Notes under the pieces: generated by a model
Told to the model about the DNA's origin: nothing
What the model saw: the letters and a program-made list of their open reading frames with translations, nothing else
Databases searched by the model: none
Shown here: one piece after another, positions 48,139-58,354 of the stretch
How positions within the stretch are numbered: the stretch's first letter is position 1
Layout of the letters: the number at the start of each line of letters is the position of its first letter
Position numbers and translations under genes: made by a program
Origin: an uncultured Angelakisella sp.
GTDB taxonomy: Bacteria > Bacillota > Clostridia > Oscillospirales > Ruminococcaceae
Length of the DNA: 64,000 nt
NCBI GenBank assembly: GCA_910585535.1
Contig: CAJUFK010000004.1
Coordinates: 3,841-67,840, forward strand
Direction: 5' to 3'

Positions 48139-48155
48139 AGCTGAAACGATTCCTC

Positions 48156-49166
48156 CTAAAGTTGATAACTAAGCCCTACGCCGGCCAGAATGTATAGGAC
48201 GATCATCGTGCAGACCGCCACCAGTACAGCGTTGATGTTCACGCCGCCCCGGCGGGCCAGGGCGTAATGATACTCCGGGGAGCCGGAAGAGAAATGCCCT
48301 GTAGCCTGGACCGCCTGGATCTCCTTGCAGACCCGGCGAAAATAGGCTGTGTTGAAAAAGAGGCCGCAAAAAAAGTTTACCAAAGAAACCACTGCCTGGA
48401 ACAGAAGGGCGGCGTTTCGGTACTGTAAGACCACAGGGCTGGACAGGTCAAGAAGGGCGTCCAGGTTCAGTGTGCCGTATTGGGCCAGCATCTCGGAAAA
48501 GAGGGGAACGGCGGCCAGCAGCACCGGGATCATGGCAGCCAGGATAATCAGCATCAGAAGGATCCCCAACTTATACATCTTGCGGTAGAAGCAGTAGAGG
48601 AAGGAAAAGAAAAAGGCGCACCAGTTAAGGGAAATCTTGATGCCGGAATGGGCCAGCCGCTGGAAGCGCAGCAAAAAGACAAGGTTGTTGGGCCCTACGT
48701 AATCGCAGACATCCTGGTTGGAGATCCCGGGGATCAGCTCCGGCTCCTCCATTACCCGGGAAAGGAGGGAATCCATCCAGGAGGGGAGATCCTCGGGGCC
48801 GGGGACGCTGGCTTTGTGATAGCCCTGCTCCGGCCCGGGACCGTAAGGGGAGGCCCCGGGAGCCTGTCCAGCCGTCAGCTGCTGGCCGCACACCTGACAG
48901 AAGATATTCCCCGCCGGGTTGTGGGAACCGCACCGGGGGCAAAGGACGGTGGCGTCGGTTTGGGCGGAATCCTCCCCAGCCTCCGCACCGGCGGCGGGGG
49001 ACCACTGCTCCCCTGTGGCGTGTTGGGCTTCATTGGCACAATGGCCTAAACTACGGTAGCAAGCCCGGTGATGAGGGGTGCCGCAGTCGGGGCAGACGAC
49101 GATGTCGTCCCCCTGGACAAAGGCTTTTCCGCACACCGGGCATCGGTATCCATTATAATTTGACAC
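48156..49166 (-). CDS. Zinc-finger/zinc-ribbon membrane protein (DUF2628-like C-terminus)
   Basis: CPVC..CPDCGTPHHRAC, CPRC..FCQVCG, NWCAFFF..YRKMY. Confidence 0.75.
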   Translation of the reverse strand: MSNYNGYRCPVCGKAFVQGDDIVVCPDCGTPHHRACYRSLGHCANEAQHATGEQWSPAAGAEAGEDSAQTDATVLCPRCGSHNPAGNIFCQVCGQQLTAGQAPGASPYGPGPEQGYHKASVPGPEDLPSWMDSLLSRVMEEPELIPGISNQDVCDYVGPNNLVFLLRFQRLAHSGIKISLNWCAFFFSFLYCFYRKMYKLGILLMLIILAAMIPVLLAAVPLFSEMLAQYGTLNLDALLDLSSPVVLQYRNAALLFQAVVSLVNFFCGLFFNTAYFRRVCKEIQAVQATGHFSSGSPEYHYALARRGGVNINAVLVAVCTMIVLYILAGVGLSYQL

Positions 49167-49345
49167 AATATCAACTCCTAACGTTACAGATATTATAGGC
49201 CATGACCCGCCGGTTTGCAATGAAATAATTGTTAAAGTTTCCTACAACCCGTCCCTTTGCAGCGCCAAAAGGTCCCGGGGGAGGAGCCCGTTGATTTGAA
49301 GTTTGCGGCAGAAGTGGTATAATAAAAGTCGGGAGGTGGAAAAGG

Positions 49346-50707
49346 ATGGGGCGGAAACTTTTTTGGGCGATGCTGGCAGCTGCGCTGGGGGCAGCGTTTT
49401 TTACCGGCTGCGCCCAATACCGGCAGCAGATAAAAGAGATGGAAAAGCTGGCTGCCGATAGAGCCCAAACCCACCTTTGGGAGACCTACGGCGGCACCGC
49501 CGAGATCTTGGAGGTAAAGGTGGGCACCCTCCAGTCCGGTTTCCACTCTGTTGTGGATTCCGACGCTTTGGTCACGGTGTCCCTGGGGGAGGAGACCTTT
49601 CAAGTCTTTGTAGAGACAGCGGAGCCCGCTTTTTGCCGGGACAACCGGGAGGGCCTTGCCCTGACCCGGGACCTGGAGCGGTACTTCCGGGACCTTTACC
49701 GCCTGCCTCCGGCCCTGGAGGGGAGCGTCCGGGTCTACTGCGGCGGAGACTTTTTTGCAGCCCGGCCCACCCACCTGGCCCGGGAGTACAGCTTTCTGAA
49801 CTTTGATTACCACGGCCAGCCGGTTAAGGCGGTGCTTCCCCTTTTGGATCGGGTATCCTTTTCTTTTGACTATTTGGATGATGCGGTCTCCCTGGAGCGG
49901 GTGGAGCTTCGCGACAACGACTGGGGCGGGGACCGAAAGCGGGTGGAACTGGACCTCCGGTGCTTCCGGACGTACCGGGATGACGGGGAGATCGCCATGG
50001 GGGTGGCGGATCTGGACGGCCGTCTAGTGCTGCTGGCCGAGGGGATGGAATTTTCACGGCGGGGCAAGGAGTACGGAAGCCTGGACGACATAGCCAAGGC
50101 CCTCCCCGCCTTTGTCCTCCGGGAAAGGCTGACCGTCAAGGAGGGAGAACCGCAGTATACCCGGCGGGAGCTGGTCCCCATGGGGGATTTCTGGGTAAGC
50201 GTTCCGGCAGAGCTGCCGGCGGAGGATTGCTTTCTATTCTCTGCCAGCGCCTTGGACTGGACCGGCGGGACTGTCGGCATCGGCAACAGCAGGGGCCTTT
50301 ACTACACCCGGGAGGAGATTGTAGAGGGAACGCAGCCCTCCAAGACCACCCAAAAGGCTTTGCTGCCCTTTGTGGACGCCCAATACCGCCAGGAGGGGGA
50401 GCTGCTTCTCCTCAAAGAAGGGGCAGAGGAACGGATGGCGGCCCTGGGGGCAGAGAAGCCTTCTTGGGACCATTCCAATCTGCCTGCGGTCCAGGTGATG
50501 GTCCGGCCGTCCCTGGTGTACGAAGAAAAGGATCCGCCGGGGGCGGGGCTTTTCTGGCAGAGGGAAGGGGAGGAACCGCGTCAGGTGATCCAGCTGTTTA
50601 CATCCTACCAGGACCAAAAGAGCCGCTGGACCCACGGCCTTACCAGTCTAAGCTTTGACTTTCCCGGTCCTGTAAAGGGCCTTGCGCTGGTGCAGGTGAT
50701 GGAATAA
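49346..50707 (+). CDS. Hypothetical lipoprotein
   Basis: GGAGG RBS, signal peptide with FTGC lipobox, upstream TATAAT. Confidence 0.7.
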   Translation: MGRKLFWAMLAAALGAAFFTGCAQYRQQIKEMEKLAADRAQTHLWETYGGTAEILEVKVGTLQSGFHSVVDSDALVTVSLGEETFQVFVETAEPAFCRDNREGLALTRDLERYFRDLYRLPPALEGSVRVYCGGDFFAARPTHLAREYSFLNFDYHGQPVKAVLPLLDRVSFSFDYLDDAVSLERVELRDNDWGGDRKRVELDLRCFRTYRDDGEIAMGVADLDGRLVLLAEGMEFSRRGKEYGSLDDIAKALPAFVLRERLTVKEGEPQYTRRELVPMGDFWVSVPAELPAEDCFLFSASALDWTGGTVGIGNSRGLYYTREEIVEGTQPSKTTQKALLPFVDAQYRQEGELLLLKEGAEERMAALGAEKPSWDHSNLPAVQVMVRPSLVYEEKDPPGAGLFWQREGEEPRQVIQLFTSYQDQKSRWTHGLTSLSFDFPGPVKGLALVQVME

Positions 50708-50816
50708 GCACAAAAACGCGTGCCAGCGCCTTTACATTTGCCAGAAAATAGGATACAATAAATAAGCTTTGACAGGCCCCCGGGCCGATCTTGTGATGCA
50801 GAAGGGATATTTTGTT

Positions 50817-51935
50817 ATGCCGATGTTGGAACTGGACGAATTGAGATTGCGCCTGACAGCTATGGAGCCCGCCCTCCGGGAGCTGCGCCAGGCCCTGGAT
50901 ATTGACCGGCTGGAGGTGGAGAGCCAGGAGCTGGACCAGCGCACCGCGGAACCGGGCTTTTGGGACAACGCCGAGGCTTCCCAGAAGGTCCTCCAGCGGG
51001 CCGGGGCGGTAAAGGGCAAGCTGGAAAGCTACCGCCGCCTCACCGCCCTGTACGACGACACCCTCACCCTCATCGAGCTGGGACTGGGGGAGGAGGACGA
51101 CTCGGTCTACGAGGAAGCCCTGAAAGATACCGACACCCTCCAAAAGGAGATGGAGGCCATGACCCTCTCCACCCTCCTCACCGGGGAGTACGACAGCCGC
51201 AACGCCATCCTCACCTTCCACGCCGGGGCGGGCGGCACCGAGGCCCAGGACTGGGCCCAGATGCTCTACCGGATGTACACCATGTACATCGAAAAGAAGG
51301 GCTTCACCTATAAGATCCTGGACTACCTGGACGGGGACGAAGCCGGCATCAAGTCCGCTTCCATCCTGGTGGAGGGCCTTAACGCCTACGGCTACCTCAA
51401 GGCGGAGACAGGGGTTCACCGCCTGGTCCGGGTCTCCCCCTTTGACGCTTCGGGCCGCCGTCAAACCTCCTTCGCCTCTTTGGAGGTGATGCCGGAGATC
51501 ACCGCCGATATGTCGGTGGAGATCCGGGAGGAGGACATCAAGATGGACGTCTACCGCTCCAGCGGGGCGGGGGGCCAGAAGGTCAACAAAACCTCCTCGG
51601 CGGTGCGTCTCACCCATATTCCCACAGGGATTGTGGTAGCCTGCCAGGTGGAGCGCAGCCAGTTCCAGAACCGGGAAGTTGCCATGAATATGCTTCGCTC
51701 CAAGCTTATCGAGATCAAGGAGCGGGAGCATCTGGACAAGATCGAGGACATCAAGGGGGACCAGAAGGACATCGCCTGGGGCAGTCAGATCCGCTCCTAT
51801 GTCTTTATGCCCTACACCATGGTAAAGGACCACCGCACTGGCTTTGAGACCAGCAATGTCCAAGCGGTGATGGACGGGGACCTGGAAGGGTTCATCAACG
51901 AATATCTCAAGCAGAAAAGCACCGGGAAAATTTAA
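50817..51935 (+). CDS. prfB: Peptide chain release factor 2 (no programmed frameshift)
   Basis: SPF anticodon motif, GGQ, GAGGTEAQDW; continuous reading frame. Confidence 0.96.
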   Translation: MPMLELDELRLRLTAMEPALRELRQALDIDRLEVESQELDQRTAEPGFWDNAEASQKVLQRAGAVKGKLESYRRLTALYDDTLTLIELGLGEEDDSVYEEALKDTDTLQKEMEAMTLSTLLTGEYDSRNAILTFHAGAGGTEAQDWAQMLYRMYTMYIEKKGFTYKILDYLDGDEAGIKSASILVEGLNAYGYLKAETGVHRLVRVSPFDASGRRQTSFASLEVMPEITADMSVEIREEDIKMDVYRSSGAGGQKVNKTSSAVRLTHIPTGIVVACQVERSQFQNREVAMNMLRSKLIEIKEREHLDKIEDIKGDQKDIAWGSQIRSYVFMPYTMVKDHRTGFETSNVQAVMDGDLEGFINEYLKQKSTGKI

Positions 51936-51983
51936 GGATGACAAAAAAGGGGGCCTCGCTTCTGGCGGGGCTCCCTTTCGTTC

Positions 51984-52247
51984 TTACGGACCCTTTTTCT
52001 CTTTGGGCGGGCGGCAATACTTCATCTCGGTTTTCAATTTCTGTAGGAGATATTCGCAGGCGTCGGCCTCCTGTTCAAATTTCCGGCAGTCGTTGGCGTT
52101 GCCCTTTTCGTCAAAGTAGAAATACTGCCAGTAGGTGTGGACCCATTCCAGAATGTGGGTGTCGGAGGACAGATGCCCGTTGATGGCGTAGAAGCTCCGG
52201 GGGACGCCCAGCCGGTCCAGTTCCGCCTGCAATTCTTCCACCGTCAT
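51984..52247 (-). CDS. Small hypothetical protein (87 aa)
   Basis: MTVEELQAELDRLGVPRSFYAING...FEQEADACEYLL; RBS upstream. Confidence 0.65.
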   Translation of the reverse strand: MTVEELQAELDRLGVPRSFYAINGHLSSDTHILEWVHTYWQYFYFDEKGNANDCRKFEQEADACEYLLQKLKTEMKYCRPPKEKKGP

Positions 52248-52261
52248 ACCGCCGTCCCTCC

Positions 52262-53248
52262 TTACTTTTTCTTCTCCCGCTGGCGCAGGAACCGGATGTC
52301 CTTGCCCACAAAGCTGAGGCTGGTGCAGCCGCAGAGGACCCGGCTGGCGATGCGCTCGTTGTAGGCGGCGGCCAGCTGCTCCAGGGTCAGGTTGGTGCTG
52401 AGGATCACCGGCAGTCCTGCCGTGATGCGGTCGTTGAGGATATTGTACAGCACCGATTGGGAGAAGGCGGTGGAAAACTCCGCCCCCAGGTCGTCGATAA
52501 CCAGCAGGTCGCACCGGGGAGCCATCTGGACAAAGTCCCGGTCCTCCGCCGTGGGGTCCCGGTCGAAGCGCACCCGCTCGTACCGGTCGATGATCCCCTG
52601 GGCCGAGGAGTAGAGTACCGCCGCCCCCCGGCTTGCCGTCTGCCCGGCGATGGCCAGGGAGAGGTGGGTCTTGCCCAGCCCCGTCCGCCCCAGGAAGAGA
52701 AGGCTTTCGCTTTGGCGGCTGAAGCCGTCGGCGTAGTCCCGGCACCGCTGGAGAATGGCGGCCATAACCTTTCGGGGGGAGCGGCCGCTTTGGTCCGGGG
52801 CGTCGGGATAATAGCTCAGGTCGAAGGTGTCAAAGGTGCTGCGCCCGTCCAGCGCCGCCGAGGGGAGCCCCCGGCAGCTTTCCGCCCGGAGAAGGGCCTC
52901 CATGCACTGGCAGCGCTTTCCCTCCACCGTTCCGGTGTCCTTACAGAGGGGGCATTGATATTGGGGCTCCAGGATGTCCCGGGGGAGCCCCAGGCTGTCC
53001 AGCAGCTTCCGCCGCTCCTCCTGGACCCCCCGGATCCGCCCCATGATCCCTTCGGTCTCCTCCGCCTCCCCGGAAATTGCCGCCAGGGCGATGCTTCGGG
53101 TAAGGCCCCGCAGCTGCCGGTCGTACTCCCGGAGCCGGGGGTGCCGGCTGTACAGCTCGGCCTGGCGTTGGGCCGCCTCCTGGCGGGCCTTCTGCCGCCG
53201 CTGGAGCAGAATGGCGTTGGCTGTCTCGATGGTCTTTCTTGAATACAT
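52262..53248 (-). CDS. DnaC/IstB-like helicase-loader ATPase
   Basis: CPLCKDTG..CQC zinc finger, GRTGLGKTHL, LLVIDDLGAE, STNL, RIASR. Confidence 0.88.
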   Translation of the reverse strand: MYSRKTIETANAILLQRRQKARQEAAQRQAELYSRHPRLREYDRQLRGLTRSIALAAISGEAEETEGIMGRIRGVQEERRKLLDSLGLPRDILEPQYQCPLCKDTGTVEGKRCQCMEALLRAESCRGLPSAALDGRSTFDTFDLSYYPDAPDQSGRSPRKVMAAILQRCRDYADGFSRQSESLLFLGRTGLGKTHLSLAIAGQTASRGAAVLYSSAQGIIDRYERVRFDRDPTAEDRDFVQMAPRCDLLVIDDLGAEFSTAFSQSVLYNILNDRITAGLPVILSTNLTLEQLAAAYNERIASRVLCGCTSLSFVGKDIRFLRQREKKK

Positions 53249-53251
53249 CTT

Positions 53252-54319
53252 TTATCCTCCGGAGTTCTCCTCCATCAGCCGCCGGATCTCCGAAAGGTCG
53301 AAGGAACTTTCGGGGGCCGCTGTCTGCTGGCCGGGCTTGCCGCGCTGGGCCTTGCTGCCGCTTTCCATCTCCGCCACGGCCTCCTCTGGGGTGCGGACCC
53401 CCTTTTCCTGCCAGCGGTTCAGGATGCGGTTCAGGTAGGGAAAGGCCGCCTTGCCGGTGTTGTCCACCGTCCGGTCATAGGCGAGCTTGATAATCTCCTC
53501 CCCATACCCCAAATCGGTGAACCAGTGTTCGATGTAGTCCTTTTCCTTGGCGGAGAGGTTCCGGTCCCGGATGCCGAACAGCTCCCGAATCTTCCCCTCG
53601 TTGCCCTGCCGCCGGGCCAGCCGCTTGATCTCCGTCTCGGCGTCGTCGTAAGTATCGATGCCCTTTTCCACCCATCCGGTGACCAGCCGCTCGATCTGCC
53701 GGATGCTGTCCTTGCCCTGCTCCCGGCTGTACTGGGCCGCCAGGAGCAGGTAGCTGGAGGAGAGGCGCAGGCCGCTGTAGAGATAGAGGAAACCCTCGGT
53801 TTCGTAGGGGGTAAGGGGGCGGCTGAGAACCTCCTGGAGGGTCTCCAGAAGCTGGGGGATCTCCGGGTCCTCCCGGATCAGCTGGTTCTGCTGGCTGGGG
53901 GTTAGCTTCCCACGGGAATGAAGGGTGACAATCTTCTGCTCCCCCACTGTCCGCTCCTCCCGCAGGGGGGCGGGGGATGGGGACGCAGGGGCCGCCGGGG
54001 CGGACTCGGGCCCGGGGGTCCGGGGGGACTCCGCCGCAGGGACGGCAGGGGTGGCTTCCTTTTGGGGAGCGGGGGACTCCCCCTGGGAGAAAAGCCCGGC
54101 CTCCCGCCAGTAATCCAGGCAGTCCGCCGCCTTTTCGGGGGCCATTCCCAGCCGCTTGGCGATCTGCTCCAGATCCACCGGGCTTGTCCCCTCCCGGAGG
54201 GCCAAAAGGAGGACCTTCAGCTGATCTCCGGTGCAGAATTTCAGGTGTTGGTCGGCTACGGCGCAGGGAACCGGAAAAATCCTGCCCCAAAGGCCAAAAT
54301 CGATGTTGTAATCTGTCAT
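53252..54319 (-). CDS. DnaD-domain replication protein
   Basis: Two DnaD-like repeats (W.EKGI.T; YLNRILNRWQEKG), Pro-rich linker. Confidence 0.85.
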   Translation of the reverse strand: MTDYNIDFGLWGRIFPVPCAVADQHLKFCTGDQLKVLLLALREGTSPVDLEQIAKRLGMAPEKAADCLDYWREAGLFSQGESPAPQKEATPAVPAAESPRTPGPESAPAAPASPSPAPLREERTVGEQKIVTLHSRGKLTPSQQNQLIREDPEIPQLLETLQEVLSRPLTPYETEGFLYLYSGLRLSSSYLLLAAQYSREQGKDSIRQIERLVTGWVEKGIDTYDDAETEIKRLARRQGNEGKIRELFGIRDRNLSAKEKDYIEHWFTDLGYGEEIIKLAYDRTVDNTGKAAFPYLNRILNRWQEKGVRTPEEAVAEMESGSKAQRGKPGQQTAAPESSFDLSEIRRLMEENSGG

Positions 54320-54513
54320 GGTACCTCGTATTATAAATTGATATAAGGATGACCTGTCCCTATACTATACTACATTTCCGGCCCTGTTTCAACATTTGGA
54401 TGTTTTCTGTCAGAATGCCTTGCGCCGGGGCAAGGGTTTGGTGTATAATAAAAACAAGCTGTTATTTTTGCAAAAGGAGGAGCGGGCCGGAACAGACGGC
54501 GCCGCAGGAAAAG

Positions 54514-54771
54514 ATGGAAGTCAGTCTCAAACCCAGGGGGGTCTGCTCCCGTTCCATCACCATGGACCTGGAGGATGGAATCGTTCGTAATATCCGCTTT
54601 ACCGGGGGCTGCCCCGGCAATACCGTGGGCCTGGCCCGGATGCTGGAAGGAATGGAGGCGGAAGAGGTTGTGCGCCGCCTGAAAGGGGTGCGCTGCGGCT
54701 TTAAGTCCACCTCCTGCCCGGATCAGCTGGCCTGCGGCCTGGAGGCAGTCCTGGCCCAAAAGGAGAAGTAA
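54514..54771 (+). CDS. TIGR03905/TSCPD-domain protein
   Basis: GVCSRSI, FTGGCPGN, CGFKSTSCPDQLA. Confidence 0.9.
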   Translation: MEVSLKPRGVCSRSITMDLEDGIVRNIRFTGGCPGNTVGLARMLEGMEAEEVVRRLKGVRCGFKSTSCPDQLACGLEAVLAQKEK

Positions 54772-54822
54772 GGCTCTCAGCAAAACCCGCCCCCCTTGGC
54801 CGGGGGAGAAGGAGCGTGCCGG

Positions 54823-55350
54823 ATGTTCTATACAGATGACGACATGAAGATCTACGAAGGGGAGCCCGCCCCGCCGGAAAAAACGCCGGGGGAGGAATCC
54901 GCTCAGCAGTACGTTGCCCACCGGGAAAACGGCAATCTGGAAAAGACCCGCCAGATGGGGGAGCTTCTCGCCCAGACCCTGGTGGGGGATTCCAGCCGCC
55001 TGGCCGGGGATCCCTGCTACCGCCAAAAGCTGGTGCTGCTCTCTTTTTTGGTGTCGGATGAACTGGAGGCCGGTCTTACCGACGGCATCCTGCTGAAGTC
55101 CGCAGCGGCGGCTTTCCGGAATAAGGTGGAGGAGCTGGACCCGGAGATCTTCGCCGTCATCACCGATTCCACCGCCTTTACCCTGTACATCCTCCATGAC
55201 CGCAAGGTGGGGGACGACCAGTGCGGAAAGGTGCTTGCGGAACTCTGCGAACGGGACGGAGACGAGGATCTCATCCGGGAGGGGAACACCCTGGCGGAGG
55301 AGTACCGGGCCCTGTTTTCCGGCATCATCCAAAGCTACACGTTCAAATAG
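54823..55350 (+). CDS. Hypothetical protein
   Basis: AAGGAG RBS, 175 aa ORF. Confidence 0.7.
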   Translation: MFYTDDDMKIYEGEPAPPEKTPGEESAQQYVAHRENGNLEKTRQMGELLAQTLVGDSSRLAGDPCYRQKLVLLSFLVSDELEAGLTDGILLKSAAAAFRNKVEELDPEIFAVITDSTAFTLYILHDRKVGDDQCGKVLAELCERDGDEDLIREGNTLAEEYRALFSGIIQSYTFK

Positions 55351-55359
55351 AAAAAGATC

Positions 55360-55396
55360 ACCGGCTCTTTCCGCTTCCGGGAAAGGGCCGGTTTTT
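55360..55396 (+). terminator. Intrinsic terminator
   Basis: ACCGGCTCTTTCC...GGAAAGGGCCGGT followed by TTTT. Confidence 0.65.
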
Positions 55397-55408
55397 AACG
55401 ATTAGGAA

Positions 55409-55843
55409 GTGAGGTGCGTCTTTACGAGTTATCTATTGCTTCTTCTGGGCGGGGCCTGCCAGGGCCTGATGGTGAGCATCGACGGCATCCTGGCGGACAG
55501 CCTCTCCCTTTTTGAGGTCAGCTTTTTTGTTCACGGCATCGGGGCGCTGCTGCTCCTGCTGTATATCTTCTTCCGGGGCGGCGGAAAGATCCGCCTGGGG
55601 GGCGCCCCCCTTTACGTCTACCTGGTGGGCTTTATGGGGGTGGCCCTGGTCACCACCAGCAGCTTCTGCTCCAACCGCATGGGGGCGGCCCTGACCATGG
55701 CGGTGTCGGTGGCGGGACAGATGGCGGCTTCCGCCCTGGTAGACCACTTCGGCCTCTTCGGGGTGCCGGTGATCCGCTGGAACTGGCGGCGGCTGCCCCC
55801 CTGCCTGCTGATCCTGGGGGGCCTGGCCCTGATGCTGTGGTAG
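55409..55843 (+). CDS. DMT/YdcZ (DUF606) transporter subunit
   Basis: Hydrophobic; AGQMAASALVDHFGLFG. Confidence 0.85.
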   Translation: MRCVFTSYLLLLLGGACQGLMVSIDGILADSLSLFEVSFFVHGIGALLLLLYIFFRGGGKIRLGGAPLYVYLVGFMGVALVTTSSFCSNRMGAALTMAVSVAGQMAASALVDHFGLFGVPVIRWNWRRLPPCLLILGGLALMLW

Positions 55844-55859
55844 AAGGGAGAGAAAAAGA

Positions 55860-56321
55860 ATGCCGCTTTTAATTACCGTCGCCCTCCTCAACGGGGCGGT
55901 AAATATCATCAACAAGATGGTGAACGTTGTGGCCAAGCAGTCCCTGGGAATGGCCAACGGCACCCTTATCAACTACCTGGAGGGGACCCTTATCGCCCTG
56001 GTCCTGGCCTTTTGGGTGGGGGACCGGCACCTCGTCGACCTGGGGTACCTGACCGGCATCCCCCTGGTGTACTACCTGGGAGGGGTCTTCGGCCTGGTGG
56101 CCATGGTCCTTACCATCAAGGGGATGGAGCGGGTCCCGGTGGCTGTTTCCGCCGTGGTGGTCCTGGCGGGACAGCTGTTGGCCGGCTTTGTCATGGACGC
56201 CGCCGCCGGGCGAGTGGGCCCCAAGGAACTGGCGGGTCTCTGCCTGGTGGGAGCCGGGGTATGGTGGAACAACCGCCAAAGCCAGGCCGCCGCAGAGGCA
56301 GCGGCTACAGCTCCAAAGTGA
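55860..56321 (+). CDS. DMT/YdcZ (DUF606) transporter subunit
   Basis: YYLGGVFG, LAGQLLAGFVMD. Confidence 0.8.
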   Translation: MPLLITVALLNGAVNIINKMVNVVAKQSLGMANGTLINYLEGTLIALVLAFWVGDRHLVDLGYLTGIPLVYYLGGVFGLVAMVLTIKGMERVPVAVSAVVVLAGQLLAGFVMDAAAGRVGPKELAGLCLVGAGVWWNNRQSQAAAEAAATAPK

Positions 56322-56793
56322 CAGTGCGGCCTTCGGGCTGGTACTGCCGCAGGGCTACCCCTGCCAGCTGGAACATCCGCTTGGAGGCCACCACCGCGTC
56401 GCTTTCTGCGTATTTGTCCGAAAGGTAGACCACTTCCTTGATGCCGCACTGGATGATGGCCTTGGCGCACTCGTTGCAGGGGAAAAGGGTGGCGTAGAGC
56501 CTGGCGCCCTTCAGCGAACCGCCATCGTTGTTGAGGATGGCGTTTAGCTCTGCGTGGCAGACAAAGGCGTACTTGCTCTCCAGAAAGCCCCCTTCCCGGG
56601 ACCAGGGCATCTCGTCGTCCTGGCAGCCGGTGGGCATCCCGTTGTATCCCACCGAGAGGATGCGGTTGTCCCCGTTGACGATGCAGGCCCCCACCTGACT
56701 GCCGGGGTCCTTGCTCCGCTGGGCGGCCAGAAGGGCCACCCCCATAAAGTATTGATCCCAGTTTAAGTACCCCTGGCGCTTTTGTGTTGTCAT
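56305..56793 (-). CDS. dCMP deaminase
   Basis: WDQYFM, RSKDP, GYNG, HAELNA, PCNEC. Confidence 0.93.
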   Translation of the reverse strand: MTTQKRQGYLNWDQYFMGVALLAAQRSKDPGSQVGACIVNGDNRILSVGYNGMPTGCQDDEMPWSREGGFLESKYAFVCHAELNAILNNDGGSLKGARLYATLFPCNECAKAIIQCGIKEVVYLSDKYAESDAVVASKRMFQLAGVALRQYQPEGRTVTLEL

Positions 56794-56857
56794 CGACAGA
56801 ATCCTCCTTCTAAGGGACTTTTTGGGGAGATCCATCCCCGAAAGGTCCTCTGTTTTT

Positions 56858-57415
56858 TTATTCCTCCGGATGGGGGAAGATACCCCGCTTCGCCGCCATC
56901 AGAAGCACCCCCACCTGGGTTTTGGCGTCGGGGAGTTCCCCGGACAGAACCATCCCCACCGCTTCCTCCAAGGGGACGGGAACCACGTCCAGAAACTCGT
57001 CCCGGTCCAGATGCTGGCCGCCGGAGGCGGAGAGACCATGGGCCTCGTAGACATAGATATGCTCGGTGCAGTAGGCGGGGGTGGGGATGATCTCGGTAAG
57101 CTTAGTGAGATACCCGGCGGTGCAGCCGGTTTCCTCGGTAAGCTCCCGGGCGGCGGCCTCCATGGGGTCCTCCCCGGGCTCCAGCTTGCCGGCGGGAAGC
57201 TCCAGCAGTTCCCGCCCGGCGGCGAAGCGGTATTGGCGCACCAGAAGGATGCGCCCCTTGTCATCCACGGCAGCGACACAGGAGCCCCCATGGTGGTTTA
57301 CCACGTCCCGGCGGCTCTCCCCGCCGTCCTCCAGCTGGACCCGGTGGGCGGTCAGGGTGAAGATCTTCCCCTGGTAGAGTTGGGTTTTTTCCAGTTCCTT
57401 TTCAAAATGGGCCAT
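56858..57415 (-). CDS. NUDIX hydrolase (ADP-ribose pyrophosphatase-like)
   Basis: LVRQYR, ELPAGKLEPGEDPMEAAARELTEETG, DAKT. Confidence 0.92.
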   Translation of the reverse strand: MAHFEKELEKTQLYQGKIFTLTAHRVQLEDGGESRRDVVNHHGGSCVAAVDDKGRILLVRQYRFAAGRELLELPAGKLEPGEDPMEAAARELTEETGCTAGYLTKLTEIIPTPAYCTEHIYVYEAHGLSASGGQHLDRDEFLDVVPVPLEEAVGMVLSGELPDAKTQVGVLLMAAKRGIFPHPEE

Positions 57416-57848
57416 TTTCGGCTTCCTCCTCGGGATGATTTTTCCGCCAGGCCAGGTAGCTTTCCAGGATGATGGCGGCGGAAAGGGGGTCCAGGGCGGC
57501 CTTGCGCTTCTTCCCCCGGGTGTCGGTGGCGTTAAGATACCGGGCGGCGGTAATGGTGGTGCCCCGTTCATCCCAAAGGACCACGGGGAGCCCACTTTTT
57601 TCCCGGAGGAGGCCGGCGAAGTCCCGGCAGGTCTGGGCCCGGTCTCCGGCGGATCCGTCCATGTTCAGGGGATGCCCGATAACGATGCGCTCTGCGCGGT
57701 GTTCCCGGGCGGTCTGGACGATTTGGCCGGCCAGCTTTTCTGGGTCCCGCTGCCGGATGGTGCCAAGGGGAGAGGCCAGGCATTCCCCAGGGTCACAGAT
57801 GGCGAGACCGGTACGTGCCTCGCCGTGATCCACGGCCAAGATCCTCAT
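57402..57848 (-). CDS. ruvX: RuvX/YqgF pre-16S rRNA nuclease
   Basis: ILAVDHG..RTGLA, GHPLNMDG, WDERGTT, AAIILESYL. Confidence 0.92.
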   Translation of the reverse strand: MRILAVDHGEARTGLAICDPGECLASPLGTIRQRDPEKLAGQIVQTAREHRAERIVIGHPLNMDGSAGDRAQTCRDFAGLLREKSGLPVVLWDERGTTITAARYLNATDTRGKKRKAALDPLSAAIILESYLAWRKNHPEEEAENGPF

Positions 57849-58342
57849 AGGCGCCACCACAGGGTCTCCTCATGGCGGTACTTCTGGAAGCCCAGCCGCT
57901 CCAGGATCCGCTGGGAGGGATAGCTGACCAGATCGGTCTCGGCGGTGATATGGGCCACACCCGGCTGGGAGAGAGCCCAGCGGCAGATGGCCTCCACCGC
58001 CTCGGTCATGTACCCCTGGCGGCGGTAGGCGGTTCCCATGGCGTAGCTGATCTCCACCTCCCCCCGGCTGTCCGGGGGCCCCTGGAAGCCGGCGGAACCG
58101 ATGATGGTCCGGTCCTCCTTGTGGACCAGCATCCAGGGGGTGCAGTAGGGCTGGCGGCAGGGATCCCCTTCCGCCTGGGCCAGGAGCCGCCGGAGGGCTT
58201 CCAGTGGACGTTCCTCCAGGGGGATTCCGCGATAGCTGTATCCCAGCTCCCGCTCCAGGGCGGGAAGATCCTCCACCCAAAGGCGGACCTGTTCCGGGGT
58301 GAGGGGGAAGATGCGAAGGCGCAAAGTATCAATGGACGGCAT
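57845..58342 (-). CDS. GNAT N-acetyltransferase (RimJ/RimL-like)
   Basis: EVEISY, RRQGYMTEAV, SQRILERLGF. Confidence 0.88.
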   Translation of the reverse strand: MPSIDTLRLRIFPLTPEQVRLWVEDLPALERELGYSYRGIPLEERPLEALRRLLAQAEGDPCRQPYCTPWMLVHKEDRTIIGSAGFQGPPDSRGEVEISYAMGTAYRRQGYMTEAVEAICRWALSQPGVAHITAETDLVSYPSQRILERLGFQKYRHEETLWWRL

Positions 58343-58354
58343 TCTCTCTCCTCC

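Noticed and set aside
52262..54319. DnaD plus DnaC-like pair as a prophage or IS21 replication module
   Set aside because: Host-like GC, flanked by prfB and other core genes, and no phage structural, integrase or istA genes nearby
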